A stretch of 64,000 bases of DNA, from contig CACPHX010000001.1 in NCBI GenBank assembly GCA_902633975.1, forward strand, positions 46,572 through 110,571, given 5' to 3'. Below the pieces are notes generated by a model, which did no database searches, had not been told where the DNA came from, and saw nothing but the letters and a program-made list of their open reading frames with translations. Positions 29,824-39,661 of the stretch are shown here, piece after piece; the first letter of the stretch is position 1; each line of letters begins with the position of its first letter. Source of the stretch: an uncultured Marinoscillum sp. Lineage in GTDB: Bacteria > Bacteroidota > Bacteroidia > Cytophagales > MED-G16. The translations under genes and the position numbers were made by a program.

Positions 29824-29941
29824 ATTATTAATAATTTCTTTAGTATTATTCTTAGGTTCAATTTTATTTTCAGTCATAGTTGGATTTAAATATGGCTTAA
29901 TACTTTTTTTACCGTTGTTATTATTCTCCTTTAAAAAATAA
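29813..29941 (+). CDS. Possible 42-aa two-TM hydrophobic peptide overlapping the apbE stop (unannotated small ORF)
   Basis: Hand translation gives MKNKLLIISLVLFLGSILFSVIVGFKYGLILFLPLLLFSFKK. Its ATG (29813) overlaps the last apbE codons and stop (ATGAAAAATAA). It fills an otherwise empty spacer. Confidence 0.3.
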   Translation: MKNKLLIISLVLFLGSILFSVIVGFKYGLILFLPLLLFSFKK

Positions 29942-29968
29942 TTGTTTTAATAAAACTTATTTAAATAG

Positions 29969-30940
29969 TTAAAGGAGTTTAATCCTTGTAAGGAACATAT
30001 CTGATGTCATGTACAGATATTGAAAATTTTCGTCAAATGCACAATTTGCAGTTCTAACCTCAGTTCTAATTGTACCAATATGGTCACCATTCTCTTTGAT
30101 TACAAGAACACCACCTGGACCGGTAGCAAAAACATTTCCTGTCGGGTGAACCTTTAGACCATCAAACAATCCGATATCTTTTTTAGTTAATTCTCTCCCG
30201 TCAAAGAAAATACTTGGGTTTTTTGCTCCCTCTTCTGACAAATCATATTGCATAATTACAGGATTATTCTTATCAGAATTAGCCACATACAAAATTTTTT
30301 CGTCATTAGAAATACTTATTCCATTAGGTCTTGTTAGATTTTTTACTAGAACTTCAATATCTCCATTGGGGGATACCTTATAAACTCCATTGAATTCAAT
30401 TTCTTTTAATTTATCATTATCACCTTCAAGAAGTCCATATGGTGGATCCGTGAAGTAAAGATTTCCTTTAGAGTCGTAAACCAAGTCATTTGGACTATTC
30501 AATAAATTACCATCAAATGAATTTACAAGAGTTACTTTTCTATTAATATTTAATTTTTCAAGTCTTGTAATTTCTCTATCACCGTGCATACATATTATGA
30601 GATTTCCATCAGCATCAATTGTCAATCCGTTTGTTCCTGCTTTTTTAAGATTTGGAACTTTACCACTGTATCCTATTGGTCTTGTAAAAGTCCCTAACCC
30701 TTTATCCTCGTTCCAGCTATATATTATATTTTCAGGTACATCAGAAAATAGAATAGAATTTAGTTGGCTTGACCATACTGGGCCTTCAGACCATTCAAAA
30801 CCATCTGCAAGTATTTCAATTTTTGCACTTTTTTCAATCAGATTATCGATTTCAGGAGATAATCTTTCTACAGATCCAATAAATTTGTCTTGACTAATTA
30901 CGGGAAGATTAATTAAAATTAAAATAAGTTTTAGTATCAT
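29969..30940 (-). CDS. SMP-30/gluconolactonase/LRE-family protein
   Basis: Signal peptide, FEWSEGPVW, NSPNDLV, LYFTDPPYG, RPNGI motifs. Confidence 0.8.
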   Translation of the reverse strand: MILKLILILINLPVISQDKFIGSVERLSPEIDNLIEKSAKIEILADGFEWSEGPVWSSQLNSILFSDVPENIIYSWNEDKGLGTFTRPIGYSGKVPNLKKAGTNGLTIDADGNLIICMHGDREITRLEKLNINRKVTLVNSFDGNLLNSPNDLVYDSKGNLYFTDPPYGLLEGDNDKLKEIEFNGVYKVSPNGDIEVLVKNLTRPNGISISNDEKILYVANSDKNNPVIMQYDLSEEGAKNPSIFFDGRELTKKDIGLFDGLKVHPTGNVFATGPGGVLVIKENGDHIGTIRTEVRTANCAFDENFQYLYMTSDMFLTRIKLL

Positions 30941-30971
30941 TATTTAATAAGATAATGTATCGAATGCTGTA

Positions 30972-33326
30972 CTAACTTCCACACATCTCACAATCGTCCT
31001 GGTTGTCTATGGAACACTGCACTGCAGCTTGTTTATCTTCCATTGTCTGAGACTTTTCATCTTTTACGATTGTGAATTTAATTGCATCTGCAGCAGCTTT
31101 AGTCCTCAAGTAATAAAGACCAGTCTTTAGGCCCTTTTTCCATGCATGAAAATGCATCGAGGTTAGTTTTCCAAAATTTGCATCTTGCATATGAATATTC
31201 ATGCTTTGACTTTGACATATGTAAGCACCTCTGTCAGCAGCCATATCGATGATACTTTTTTGTGAAACTTCCCAAACAGTTCGATACAGAAGTTTGATGT
31301 CATCTGGAATTTCTTTAATTCCTTGAATGGAACCATTTGCCTCCATTAATCTATCTTTCATGGGCTCATTCCAAAGATTTAACTTAATCAAATCTTTAAG
31401 AAGATGTTTGTTGACAACAATAAACTCACCAGATAGAACTCTTCTTGTATAAATATTGGATGTATAGGGTTCGAAACACTCATTATTTCCAAGAATTTGT
31501 GATGTTGATGCAGTTGGCATAGGTGCCAGTAATAGTGAATTCCTTACTCCATGTTTTTTAACTTCTCTCTTCAGTTTTGTCCAATCCCATCTTTTTGAGC
31601 TTGGAGCAATTCCCCACATGTCAAATTGAAAAATTCCCTTAGAAACAGGTGACCCCTCGTAGGTCTTGTATGTTCCTTCTTCCTTTGCAATTTCCATAGA
31701 TGCTTCCATCGCACCAAAGTATATTGTCTCAAAAATTTCTTCGTTCAGTTTTTTAGCTTCTGGAGAATCAAATGCATGTCTCATTAATATAAATGTGTCC
31801 GCAAGGCCTTGCACACCAATACCGATTGGTCTATGTCTCATATTGGAGTTTCTTGCCTCTTCAACTGGATAGTAATTTACATCGATAACCTTATTTAGAT
31901 TTCTTGTAATAACTTTTGTTATCTCATATAACTTCTTGTGGTCATAAGTCAAATCATCTTTGACAAATTTGTTGAGTGCAATAGAAGCTAAATTACAAAC
32001 AGCAACTTCGTCTGGTGATGTATATTCGACAATTTCTGTACATAGGTTTGATGATTTGATTGTACCTAAATTCTTTTGGTTAGATTTTATATTACAAGCA
32101 TCTTTATAAAGTATGTATGGATTACCAGTTTCAATTTGTGCTTCTAATATTTCAAACCAAAGATCTTGAGCCTTAACTGTCTTTCTTGCTTTTCCTTCTT
32201 TTTCAAATTTTTCATATAACTTCTCAAACTCTTCACCATATGTCTCGTGTAAATCTTTTGCTTCATCAGGTGAGAATAAAGACCAATCACTGTTTGACTC
32301 AACTCTTTTCATAAATAGATCTGGGATCCACATTGCATAAAAAAGATCTCTTGCCCTAAGCTCCTCTTTACCATGATTTTTCTTTAATTGTAAAAATTCA
32401 AAAATATCAGAATGCCAAGGTTCTAAGTATATTGCAAAACTACCTTTTCTTTTACCTCCACCTTGATCGACATATCTGGCTGTCATGTCAAAGTTTCTTA
32501 GCATTGGTATAATACCATTTGATACTCCGTTTGTACCTTTAATGTATGATCCAGTTGCTCTAACATTGTGAATACTAAGACCAATTCCTCCAGCAGATTG
32601 TGATATTTTGGCACATTGTTTCAAGGTATCATAAATACCATCAATACTATCTTCTTTCATGGTCAACAGAAAACAAGATGATAATTGAGGTTTAGGAGTA
32701 CCAGCATTAAAAAGTGTTGGTGTTGCGTGTGTAAACCATTTCTCAGATAATAAGTTGTATGTTTCAAGTACGCTATCCATATCATCCATATGAATACCAA
32801 TAGCCACTCTCATTAACATATGTTGAGGTCTTTCAACGACTTTACCATCTAACCTTAAAAGATAAGATTTTTCTAGAGTCTTGAAACCGAAATAATCATA
32901 GCTAAAATCTCTATCATATATTATAGAAGAATCAAGAAGAGCTGCATTTTTATTAATAACACCATATACCTCCTTAGAAAGTAAAGATGCATTTTCACCC
33001 GTCTTAGGGTTAACATAAGTGTAAAGTCTTTTCATAGTTGATGAAAAAGATTTACTTGTAGTCTTATGAAGATTTGATACAGCAATTCTTGCTGCAAGCG
33101 TTGCAAAATCTGGATGTTTAGTAGTTAAAGTAGCAGCAGTTTCTGAAGCGAGTTCATCTAGTTCTTGAGTTGATACCCCATCATACAGACCATCTATTAC
33201 TTTTTTAGCAATTTCTATTGTCTTTACGAACTCGGTATTTAACCCATAGCTTAACTTTTCGATTCTTGCGGTTATCTTGTCAAACTTGACAGATTCCTTT
33301 CTACCGTCTCTTTTTATTACTAACAT
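30972..33326 (-). CDS. nrdA: Ribonucleoside-diphosphate reductase, alpha subunit (class Ia)
   Basis: N-terminal ATP-cone, active-site [18 protein letters not shown]-terminal Cys pair CEMCGS; 784 aa. Confidence 0.95.
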   Translation of the reverse strand: MLVIKRDGRKESVKFDKITARIEKLSYGLNTEFVKTIEIAKKVIDGLYDGVSTQELDELASETAATLTTKHPDFATLAARIAVSNLHKTTSKSFSSTMKRLYTYVNPKTGENASLLSKEVYGVINKNAALLDSSIIYDRDFSYDYFGFKTLEKSYLLRLDGKVVERPQHMLMRVAIGIHMDDMDSVLETYNLLSEKWFTHATPTLFNAGTPKPQLSSCFLLTMKEDSIDGIYDTLKQCAKISQSAGGIGLSIHNVRATGSYIKGTNGVSNGIIPMLRNFDMTARYVDQGGGKRKGSFAIYLEPWHSDIFEFLQLKKNHGKEELRARDLFYAMWIPDLFMKRVESNSDWSLFSPDEAKDLHETYGEEFEKLYEKFEKEGKARKTVKAQDLWFEILEAQIETGNPYILYKDACNIKSNQKNLGTIKSSNLCTEIVEYTSPDEVAVCNLASIALNKFVKDDLTYDHKKLYEITKVITRNLNKVIDVNYYPVEEARNSNMRHRPIGIGVQGLADTFILMRHAFDSPEAKKLNEEIFETIYFGAMEASMEIAKEEGTYKTYEGSPVSKGIFQFDMWGIAPSSKRWDWTKLKREVKKHGVRNSLLLAPMPTASTSQILGNNECFEPYTSNIYTRRVLSGEFIVVNKHLLKDLIKLNLWNEPMKDRLMEANGSIQGIKEIPDDIKLLYRTVWEVSQKSIIDMAADRGAYICQSQSMNIHMQDANFGKLTSMHFHAWKKGLKTGLYYLRTKAAADAIKFTIVKDEKSQTMEDKQAAVQCSIDNQDDCEMCGS

Positions 33327-33336
33327 CTATTATAAA

Positions 33337-34329
33337 TTAAAAATCCTCTTCAAGTGAAAATTTTGGAGTATCAGCCTCTTCATCTTTTTTGAGAACTCCA
33401 GCTTTTTGGTATTCAGCAACTCTTTTCTCGAAGAAGTTAGTTTTTCCTTGTAATGAGATCATATCCATAAAGTCAAAAGGATTTGATGAGTTATAGACTC
33501 TAGGACAACCAAGCTCAACTAAAAGTCTATCAGCAACAAATTCAATGTATTGACACATTAAATCCGAGTTCATACCAATAAGCTTTACTGGTAAAGCATC
33601 GGTTACAAACTCCTTCTCTAAATCAACTGCATCTTTAATAATCTCAATAACAGTTTCTTCTGGGAGTCTGTTTACTAAGTGTTTAGTATATAAATGACAT
33701 GCAAAATCACAATGTAGACCTTCATCTCTTGAAATAAGTTCGTTAGAGAAGGTTAGTCCAGGCATTAAGCCTCTTTTCTTTAACCAAAATATTGAACAGA
33801 AACTACCTGAAAAGAATATTCCTTCAACTGCGGCAAATGCAATTAGCCTTTCTGCAAAAGTCCCGTTATCAATCCACCTTAAAGCCCAATCAGCTTTTTT
33901 CTTAACGCAATCAAGTGTTTCAATTGCATGTAAAAGTGTATCTTTTTCTTTTGTGTCGTCAACATAAGTATCAATTAGTAGAGAATATGTTTCAGAATGG
34001 ATGTTCTCAATTGCTATCTGGAATCCATAGAAGAACTTTGCTTCAGTGTATTGAACATCTGAGACAAAATGTTCAGCAAGGTTTTCATTTACAATTCCAT
34101 CGCTTGCGGCAAAAAATGCAAGTACATGCTTAATGAAGTGTTTTTCTCCATCATTTAAATTTCCCCAATCTTTTAAATCTTGACTTAAGTCAATTTCCTC
34201 AGCAGTCCAGAAGCTGGCTTCTGCTTTCTTATAAAATTGCCATATATCATCGTGTTCAATAGGAAATAAAACAAATCTGTCTGCGTTATCTTGTAGGATT
34301 GGTTCTGGTTTTAAATCTATCTTGGACAT
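33337..34329 (-). CDS. nrdB: Ribonucleoside-diphosphate reductase, beta subunit
   Basis: Di-iron/tyrosyl radical motifs ([25 protein letters not shown]) and an acidic C-terminal tail ...SLEEDF. Confidence 0.95.
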   Translation of the reverse strand: MSKIDLKPEPILQDNADRFVLFPIEHDDIWQFYKKAEASFWTAEEIDLSQDLKDWGNLNDGEKHFIKHVLAFFAASDGIVNENLAEHFVSDVQYTEAKFFYGFQIAIENIHSETYSLLIDTYVDDTKEKDTLLHAIETLDCVKKKADWALRWIDNGTFAERLIAFAAVEGIFFSGSFCSIFWLKKRGLMPGLTFSNELISRDEGLHCDFACHLYTKHLVNRLPEETVIEIIKDAVDLEKEFVTDALPVKLIGMNSDLMCQYIEFVADRLLVELGCPRVYNSSNPFDFMDMISLQGKTNFFEKRVAEYQKAGVLKKDEEADTPKFSLEEDF

Positions 34330-34599
34330 TATATTTTATAATTTAATTTTGTTTAACAATTAAAAAATGACAAAAAATCCCTGAGTCATTATATTAGAAA
34401 TAATAACATAATGACTAAAAATTTAGTCAATAAGTGGTTTATAATCTGTTGTGTTTGGAAGCTGTGACCGAGTGATTTCCTAAATAAAAATCATTTCGGT
34501 CTAGGCAGTACAAATATTATAAAAAGACTTTTAAATATCAAAACATATTTAAAACGTTTTTTAGTTTTTTTTAATTTTTTTCTAATTTGATTTTTTTGA

Positions 34600-34630
34600 T
34601 TTGAATAATTAATATAAAATCATAAATTTG
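34600..34630 (+). promoter_or_regulatory. Candidate Bacteroidota promoter for rplU-rpmA (TTTG-N19-TAAATTTG)
   Basis: TTTG at 34600-34603, a 19-nt spacer, and TAAATTTG at 34623-34630. The ATG is at 34651. Confidence 0.5.
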
Positions 34631-34650
34631 CAGACATTAAAAAAAAAGGT

Positions 34651-34959
34651 ATGTACGCAATAGTCGACATTTCTGGTAAACAATTTAAGGTTGAAAAGAA
34701 TAAATTTATTTACACAGATAAGATAGTACCTAAATCCGGGAAAAAGGTTGAATTTGATAATGTTCTTTTTATATCTGACAAAGGAAAAACTAAAATAGGA
34801 AAACCAGTTATTAAAGGATCAAAGGTTACTGGAGAGATATTGGATCAGGTCAAGGATGACAAGGTTCTTGTTTTTAAGAAGAAAAGAAGAAAGGGTTACA
34901 AAGTTAAAAATGGACATAGACAACAACTCACCAAGATTTTAATTAAAGAAATAAAATAA
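34651..34959 (+). CDS. rplU: 50S ribosomal protein L21
   Basis: [17 protein letters not shown]... ; 102 aa. Confidence 0.95.
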   Translation: MYAIVDISGKQFKVEKNKFIYTDKIVPKSGKKVEFDNVLFISDKGKTKIGKPVIKGSKVTGEILDQVKDDKVLVFKKKRRKGYKVKNGHRQQLTKILIKEIK

Positions 34960-34963
34960 TAAC

Positions 34964-35221
34964 ATGGCACATAAAAAAGGAGCAGGAAGTTCAAAAAATG
35001 GAAGAGAATCACACAGTAAAAGGCTCGGTGTAAAAATTTTTGGTGGACAAAAGATTATTGCAGGTAACATAATAGTTAGGCAGAGGGGAACTAAGCATCA
35101 TCCTGGAGAAAATGTGGGTATTGGTAAAGATCATACATTATTCGCACTAAAGGATGGAGTAGTTGAATTTAAAAAAGGTAAAAATAATAGATCTTTCGTT
35201 TCTGTTGCTGAGGTCAACTAA
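34964..35221 (+). CDS. rpmA: 50S ribosomal protein L27
   Basis: [24 protein letters not shown]... ; 85 aa. Confidence 0.95.
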   Translation: MAHKKGAGSSKNGRESHSKRLGVKIFGGQKIIAGNIIVRQRGTKHHPGENVGIGKDHTLFALKDGVVEFKKGKNNRSFVSVAEVN

Positions 35222-36182
35222 CTCTAACCATAATCTTTTCAAAATATTCTTTTAGCAAAGCCTTGTTATTCAAATTACATTCTATTTGGTCAAGTTGTTT
35301 TAGCGCTTTTTCGAAGTAACTGTTAATATTCTCTTTTGTAATTCTGTTAATCTTATATTTTAACATAAGTTCACTGATAACATTAACTTTCTTTTTCTCT
35401 TCATTACTTTTTTTGATTTCATTAATTTTTTCTAAATCATCTTTATCAGACTTTTCTAATAATTTAATCATCAAATAAGTTTTTTTATTGGATACAATAT
35501 CACCACCTATTTTCTTCCCAAAATCTGAGCTTCCAAAAACATCTAGATAATCATCCATTAATTGAAACCCTATACCCATCATCTCACCAATTTTGTATAA
35601 AATTTTTGTTGTTTTTTTATCACAATTTGCTACAAGTCCGCCCAGTTCCAGACTGAATCCTATAAGAACTGCAGTTTTAAGTCTAATCATTTCAAGATAA
35701 TTTTTTTCTCCTATTGAATCTTCCTCTTCATAATTCATGTCATATTGTTGACCTTCACAAACTTGAATTGAGATTTCATTAAATCGTTTTATTATTTTCC
35801 CACTAATTTTTGGACTTAATTCTTCAAGAAGTTTATACGCATATATCATAAGAATATCACCAGATAAAATACCAATGTTTTTATTCCATTTCTTATGAAC
35901 AGTAATTTTACCTCTTCTCAGGTCTGCATTATCCATAATGTCATCATGGATTAAGGTGAAATTATGAAACAGCTCTAAGGAAATTGAAGGGATAATTATA
36001 TTATCAATTTCATTTTGAAATAATTTGTATGATAATATAGATAGGGTAGGTCTTAACCTTTTACTCTTTAGTGATAAGATATATTTTAATGGTTCGTATA
36101 GATTTTTTGGTTTATCAGAAAAGTGAATTTTACTTATCTCATCATTTATTAACTTTTTATATGTAATTATTTTTTCATTCAT
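35214..36182 (-). CDS. Polyprenyl diphosphate synthase (trans-isoprenyl, FPP/GGPP/long-chain class)
   Basis: First and second Asp-rich motifs LIHDDIMD and LMDDYLD; 322 aa. Confidence 0.85.
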   Translation of the reverse strand: MNEKIITYKKLINDEISKIHFSDKPKNLYEPLKYILSLKSKRLRPTLSILSYKLFQNEIDNIIIPSISLELFHNFTLIHDDIMDNADLRRGKITVHKKWNKNIGILSGDILMIYAYKLLEELSPKISGKIIKRFNEISIQVCEGQQYDMNYEEEDSIGEKNYLEMIRLKTAVLIGFSLELGGLVANCDKKTTKILYKIGEMMGIGFQLMDDYLDVFGSSDFGKKIGGDIVSNKKTYLMIKLLEKSDKDDLEKINEIKKSNEEKKKVNVISELMLKYKINRITKENINSYFEKALKQLDQIECNLNNKALLKEYFEKIMVRVS

Positions 36183-38101
36183 AATAGGTCTAGATCTATT
36201 GTTCTTTTCTCGATATTTGTTCCTGTAACGTTAACCTTTACTGCTTTACCTAAACTATATGATTTTTTATTTCTTCTCCCAATTATAATTACTTTTTCGT
36301 TATCAAAATCATATTTGTCATCAGTTAAAGAAGATATCTTAACTAACCCTTCGCATTTAGTTTTGGTTATCTCAACATAAATGCCCCACTCAGTTATTCC
36401 TGAGATTACCCCATCAAATTCTTCTCCAATAAAATTTGCCATAAATTCTGCCTGTTTATATTTAATGGATTCTCTCTCGGCCTTTGTTGCATTAACTTCC
36501 ATTTGTGAGCAATGCTTACAAAGCACTTCATAATAAAGCTTATCTTTTGGTTTACTTCCATTTATATAATATTGAAGAAGTCTATGAACCATCACATCAG
36601 GAAATCTTCTTATTGGTGAGGTAAAGTGTGAATAATTCTTAAAGGCCAATCCAAAATGTTTTTCTTTATCAGTAGAATACCTTGCTTTTGACATTGATCT
36701 TATAGCAAATTTTTCAATAGAATTTTCTTCTGGTTTTCCTTTTATTTTTTTCATTAGATCATTTATTGATGAGGAAAGGTTTTTTTCATCAACGTTAATG
36801 GAGTATCCAAATTGTTTAATATATTTTTTTAGCTCAACTAGCTTTGCTTTGTCTGGATCTTCGTGAATTCTATAAACAAATGTGTACCTTTTGTTATATT
36901 TTTTTTCATATTCATTTATTTCTTCAGCTACTATTTTATTCGCAAGAAGCATAAATTCTTCAACCATCTTGTGAGTATCTTTTCTCTCTTTTTTAATAAT
37001 TTGAATCGGTTTCTTTTTTTCATCAAGTTGAAATTTTACTTCGTTTGATTTAAAATTAAAAGATCCGTTTTCAAAACGTTTTTTTCTATGATGTTTAGCA
37101 ATTCTATTTAAGTTAACTAGCTCCTCTAAGAACTCACCTTTATTTTGGTCAATTGTATCTTGAGCATTTTCATATGTAAACCTTTTCTTTGAGTGTATGA
37201 CTGTTCTTCCAATCCATTTATCAATTATTTCATAGTCTTTATTCATCTTTATCAAAACTGAGAAAGTCAATCTATCTACATTTGGTCTCAAGGAACACAA
37301 ATTATTTGATAATTTTTCAGGTAGCATTGGTATCGTTCTGTCAACTAGGTAAACTGATGTAGCTCTCTTTTCTGCTTCTTTATTTATTAAACCTTTTGTA
37401 TTAAAAAAATGAGATACGTCAGCAATATGAATACCAATTTCATATAAATCATTATTTATCTTAATTGAAAGGGCATCATCAAAATCTTTTGCGTCATCAG
37501 GATCAATTGTAAAAGATATTTCTTTTCTCAAATCTTTCCTTTTACCAATTTCTTTTTCAGATATTATATCATTTAATTTTTCAGTTTCTTTTTCTACCTC
37601 TTCAGAAAATTTATATGGTAAATTAAAATCATGCATAATTGTATGTATTTCGGCTTCATTACTTCCAATATCACCAATTGATCTAATTACTTTGGCAAAT
37701 GGTTTTTTTCCACCAGTCCAACTTGTGATCTTTGCCAAGTATTTTTTTTTATTACTGAATTTTTCTGAATTTCTTTTTTTGATAAAAAAGTCAGAATAAA
37801 TTTTTTTATTGTTTGGAATAAAAAAAGCAAAATCTTTATTGTCTTCAATAGTTCCTGTGAACTCAGATAGTTTTCTCTCAATAACTTTAGTAATTCTACC
37901 CTCTATCTTTGAAGAGAAATTATTTATTAGATGTAATTCAACAGCATCTTCGTGAATAGCTCCATTCATATTCTGAGCTCTTACTTTAATATCCTCGGTC
38001 ATCCCATCAACTGTTACAAAACAGAATCTTTTTTTGACATGATCTACTACACCTGTTAATTGAACGGAACTTCTTTTCTTCTTTTTATATCTCTTTTTCA
38101 A
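36179..38101 (-). CDS. rnr: Ribonuclease R
   Basis: Cold-shock-like N-terminus, RNB domain (TIDPDDAKDFDDA; HFGLAF..YSHFTSPIRRFPD), C-terminal S1 domain. Confidence 0.9.
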   Translation of the reverse strand: MKKRYKKKKRSSVQLTGVVDHVKKRFCFVTVDGMTEDIKVRAQNMNGAIHEDAVELHLINNFSSKIEGRITKVIERKLSEFTGTIEDNKDFAFFIPNNKKIYSDFFIKKRNSEKFSNKKKYLAKITSWTGGKKPFAKVIRSIGDIGSNEAEIHTIMHDFNLPYKFSEEVEKETEKLNDIISEKEIGKRKDLRKEISFTIDPDDAKDFDDALSIKINNDLYEIGIHIADVSHFFNTKGLINKEAEKRATSVYLVDRTIPMLPEKLSNNLCSLRPNVDRLTFSVLIKMNKDYEIIDKWIGRTVIHSKKRFTYENAQDTIDQNKGEFLEELVNLNRIAKHHRKKRFENGSFNFKSNEVKFQLDEKKKPIQIIKKERKDTHKMVEEFMLLANKIVAEEINEYEKKYNKRYTFVYRIHEDPDKAKLVELKKYIKQFGYSINVDEKNLSSSINDLMKKIKGKPEENSIEKFAIRSMSKARYSTDKEKHFGLAFKNYSHFTSPIRRFPDVMVHRLLQYYINGSKPKDKLYYEVLCKHCSQMEVNATKAERESIKYKQAEFMANFIGEEFDGVISGITEWGIYVEITKTKCEGLVKISSLTDDKYDFDNEKVIIIGRRNKKSYSLGKAVKVNVTGTNIEKRTIDLDLL

Positions 38102-38102
38102 T

Positions 38103-38810
38103 TTATTTTATTTTGAAACCAAATACCTTAGATAGGTTTTTGATTACTTTCTTTTCCACTTCTCTAGTTGTTATTTTTTTTTTAATTTCTTTTTCAATAG
38201 AGGTGACATCTTTATTTTCAATTCCACAAGGAATAATATTTTTAAAATATTCAAGATCTGTACTCACGTTTAGAGCTAAACCGTGCATGCTTACCCACCT
38301 GCTTGTTTTAACTCCTAGAGCACATATTTTCTTTGGGTTATTTTTTTTATGGTTAACCCACACCCCAGTAAGACCCTCCACCCTACCAGAGTCTATATCA
38401 TAATCTTTTAGAGTTAATATTATTGACTCCTCTAATAACCTTAAATATTTATGGATATCCGTAAAGAAGTTTTCTAAATCAATTATTGGATAAACAACTA
38501 ATTGACCAGGTCCGTGGTAGGTAATATCACCACCTCTATTAATCTTATAATATTCTAATTTTCTTTTTTCAATTTCACTCCTACTAATTAACAAGTTTTC
38601 CTTATCACCACTCTTCCCAATTGTGTAAACATGTGGGTGAGAGCATGTCAGTAAATAGTTGTGAGTTTTTTTTGGAGTCTCGGACCTTCTATTCTCTATC
38701 TTCGTCTGTATTGTTTGTTTGAAAATTTTTTCTTGTTTTTCCCAAGCATCTTTAAACCTTATCTCACCTAGACTTAAAACTGTTACCTCTTTACTAATTA
38801 CCGAATTCAA
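38103..38810 (-). CDS. lipB: Lipoyl(octanoyl) transferase
   Basis: RGGDITYHGPGQLVVYPI and KICALGV motifs. Confidence 0.9.
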   Translation of the reverse strand: MNSVISKEVTVLSLGEIRFKDAWEKQEKIFKQTIQTKIENRRSETPKKTHNYLLTCSHPHVYTIGKSGDKENLLISRSEIEKRKLEYYKINRGGDITYHGPGQLVVYPIIDLENFFTDIHKYLRLLEESIILTLKDYDIDSGRVEGLTGVWVNHKKNNPKKICALGVKTSRWVSMHGLALNVSTDLEYFKNIIPCGIENKDVTSIEKEIKKKITTREVEKKVIKNLSKVFGFKIK

Positions 38811-38830
38811 ATTCTAAAATTGAGTTATAA

Positions 38831-39631
38831 CTATTCTCTAATGTATAAATTTCTATCGTATATCAATTTACCATTATTATTCCATTCCCTCGATATATAC
38901 GATGGATTTGTAGAGAATGGTTTATCACCATAATTAATTTCTCTCTTTTTCTTTCCTGTATTGAAGAACTCAGTCCAGACTCCAACTCTAGAATCACTCA
39001 CATACCTACCACGAGCTGCTACTTTTCCATCTTCAAAAAAAGCATAATAGTTACCATGTCTCTCTCCAAATTTAATAGGTATAATTTCTTTAAGTTTGCT
39101 TTTTTCTAAATCCCAAAAAAATCTCAAAGATTCATTCAGCCAACCTAACATATAGTTTTCCTTGTCTTGTAGTATATCAGATCTATTTAATCTAACCCAC
39201 CTTCCTTGTTTTAAACCATAATAAAAATATCCTTCCTCGACAACTTGATTATTAAGTCTTTTAACATAAGGGCCATGTAAAAGAAGTGAGTTATCGGATA
39301 TAGTTCTTGAACGATTGATCTTCCTTGATTTTTTATCAAAAAAATGAATTTCTTGTGCATATGGATTTTTCATCTCGGAGCTTATAATAAAATGAAAATT
39401 TTCATAAATATTATTTCTTCCCTGGGCAACTCTTATAAATCCTTTTTTTGTCTTGACACCAAAAAAAACATTTTTTTTTGTTTTCTTTTTTTTATTAAAA
39501 AGAAGTGTGTCTTCAGCAGTCCTAAATAACAGGTCATCTCCAGATATTGTGTCTGCATTTAATCTGAAAATATCTTGTGAATTGACACTAGAACTTGCCA
39601 GAAGAAAAAAAAGGATAAGTCTTATCTTCAT
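38831..39631 (-). CDS. Secreted protein with MORN-variant (YwqK-like) repeats
   Basis: Signal peptide, and repeats of the G.W..Y/F..G type (GRWVRLN, GNYYAFFEDGKVAARGRY, VGVWTEFFNTGKKK). Confidence 0.45.
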   Translation of the reverse strand: MKIRLILFFLLASSSVNSQDIFRLNADTISGDDLLFRTAEDTLLFNKKKKTKKNVFFGVKTKKGFIRVAQGRNNIYENFHFIISSEMKNPYAQEIHFFDKKSRKINRSRTISDNSLLLHGPYVKRLNNQVVEEGYFYYGLKQGRWVRLNRSDILQDKENYMLGWLNESLRFFWDLEKSKLKEIIPIKFGERHGNYYAFFEDGKVAARGRYVSDSRVGVWTEFFNTGKKKREINYGDKPFSTNPSYISREWNNNGKLIYDRNLYIRE

Positions 39632-39661
39632 ATATTATTTAAACAGCTTAATAACGAAAAA

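Noticed and set aside
34330-34650. Cobalamin riboswitch or NrdR boxes upstream of nrdB
   Set aside because: I could not find a B12-box-like GCCACTG core or the NrdR consensus palindrome. The repeats present are reported as uncharacterised instead.
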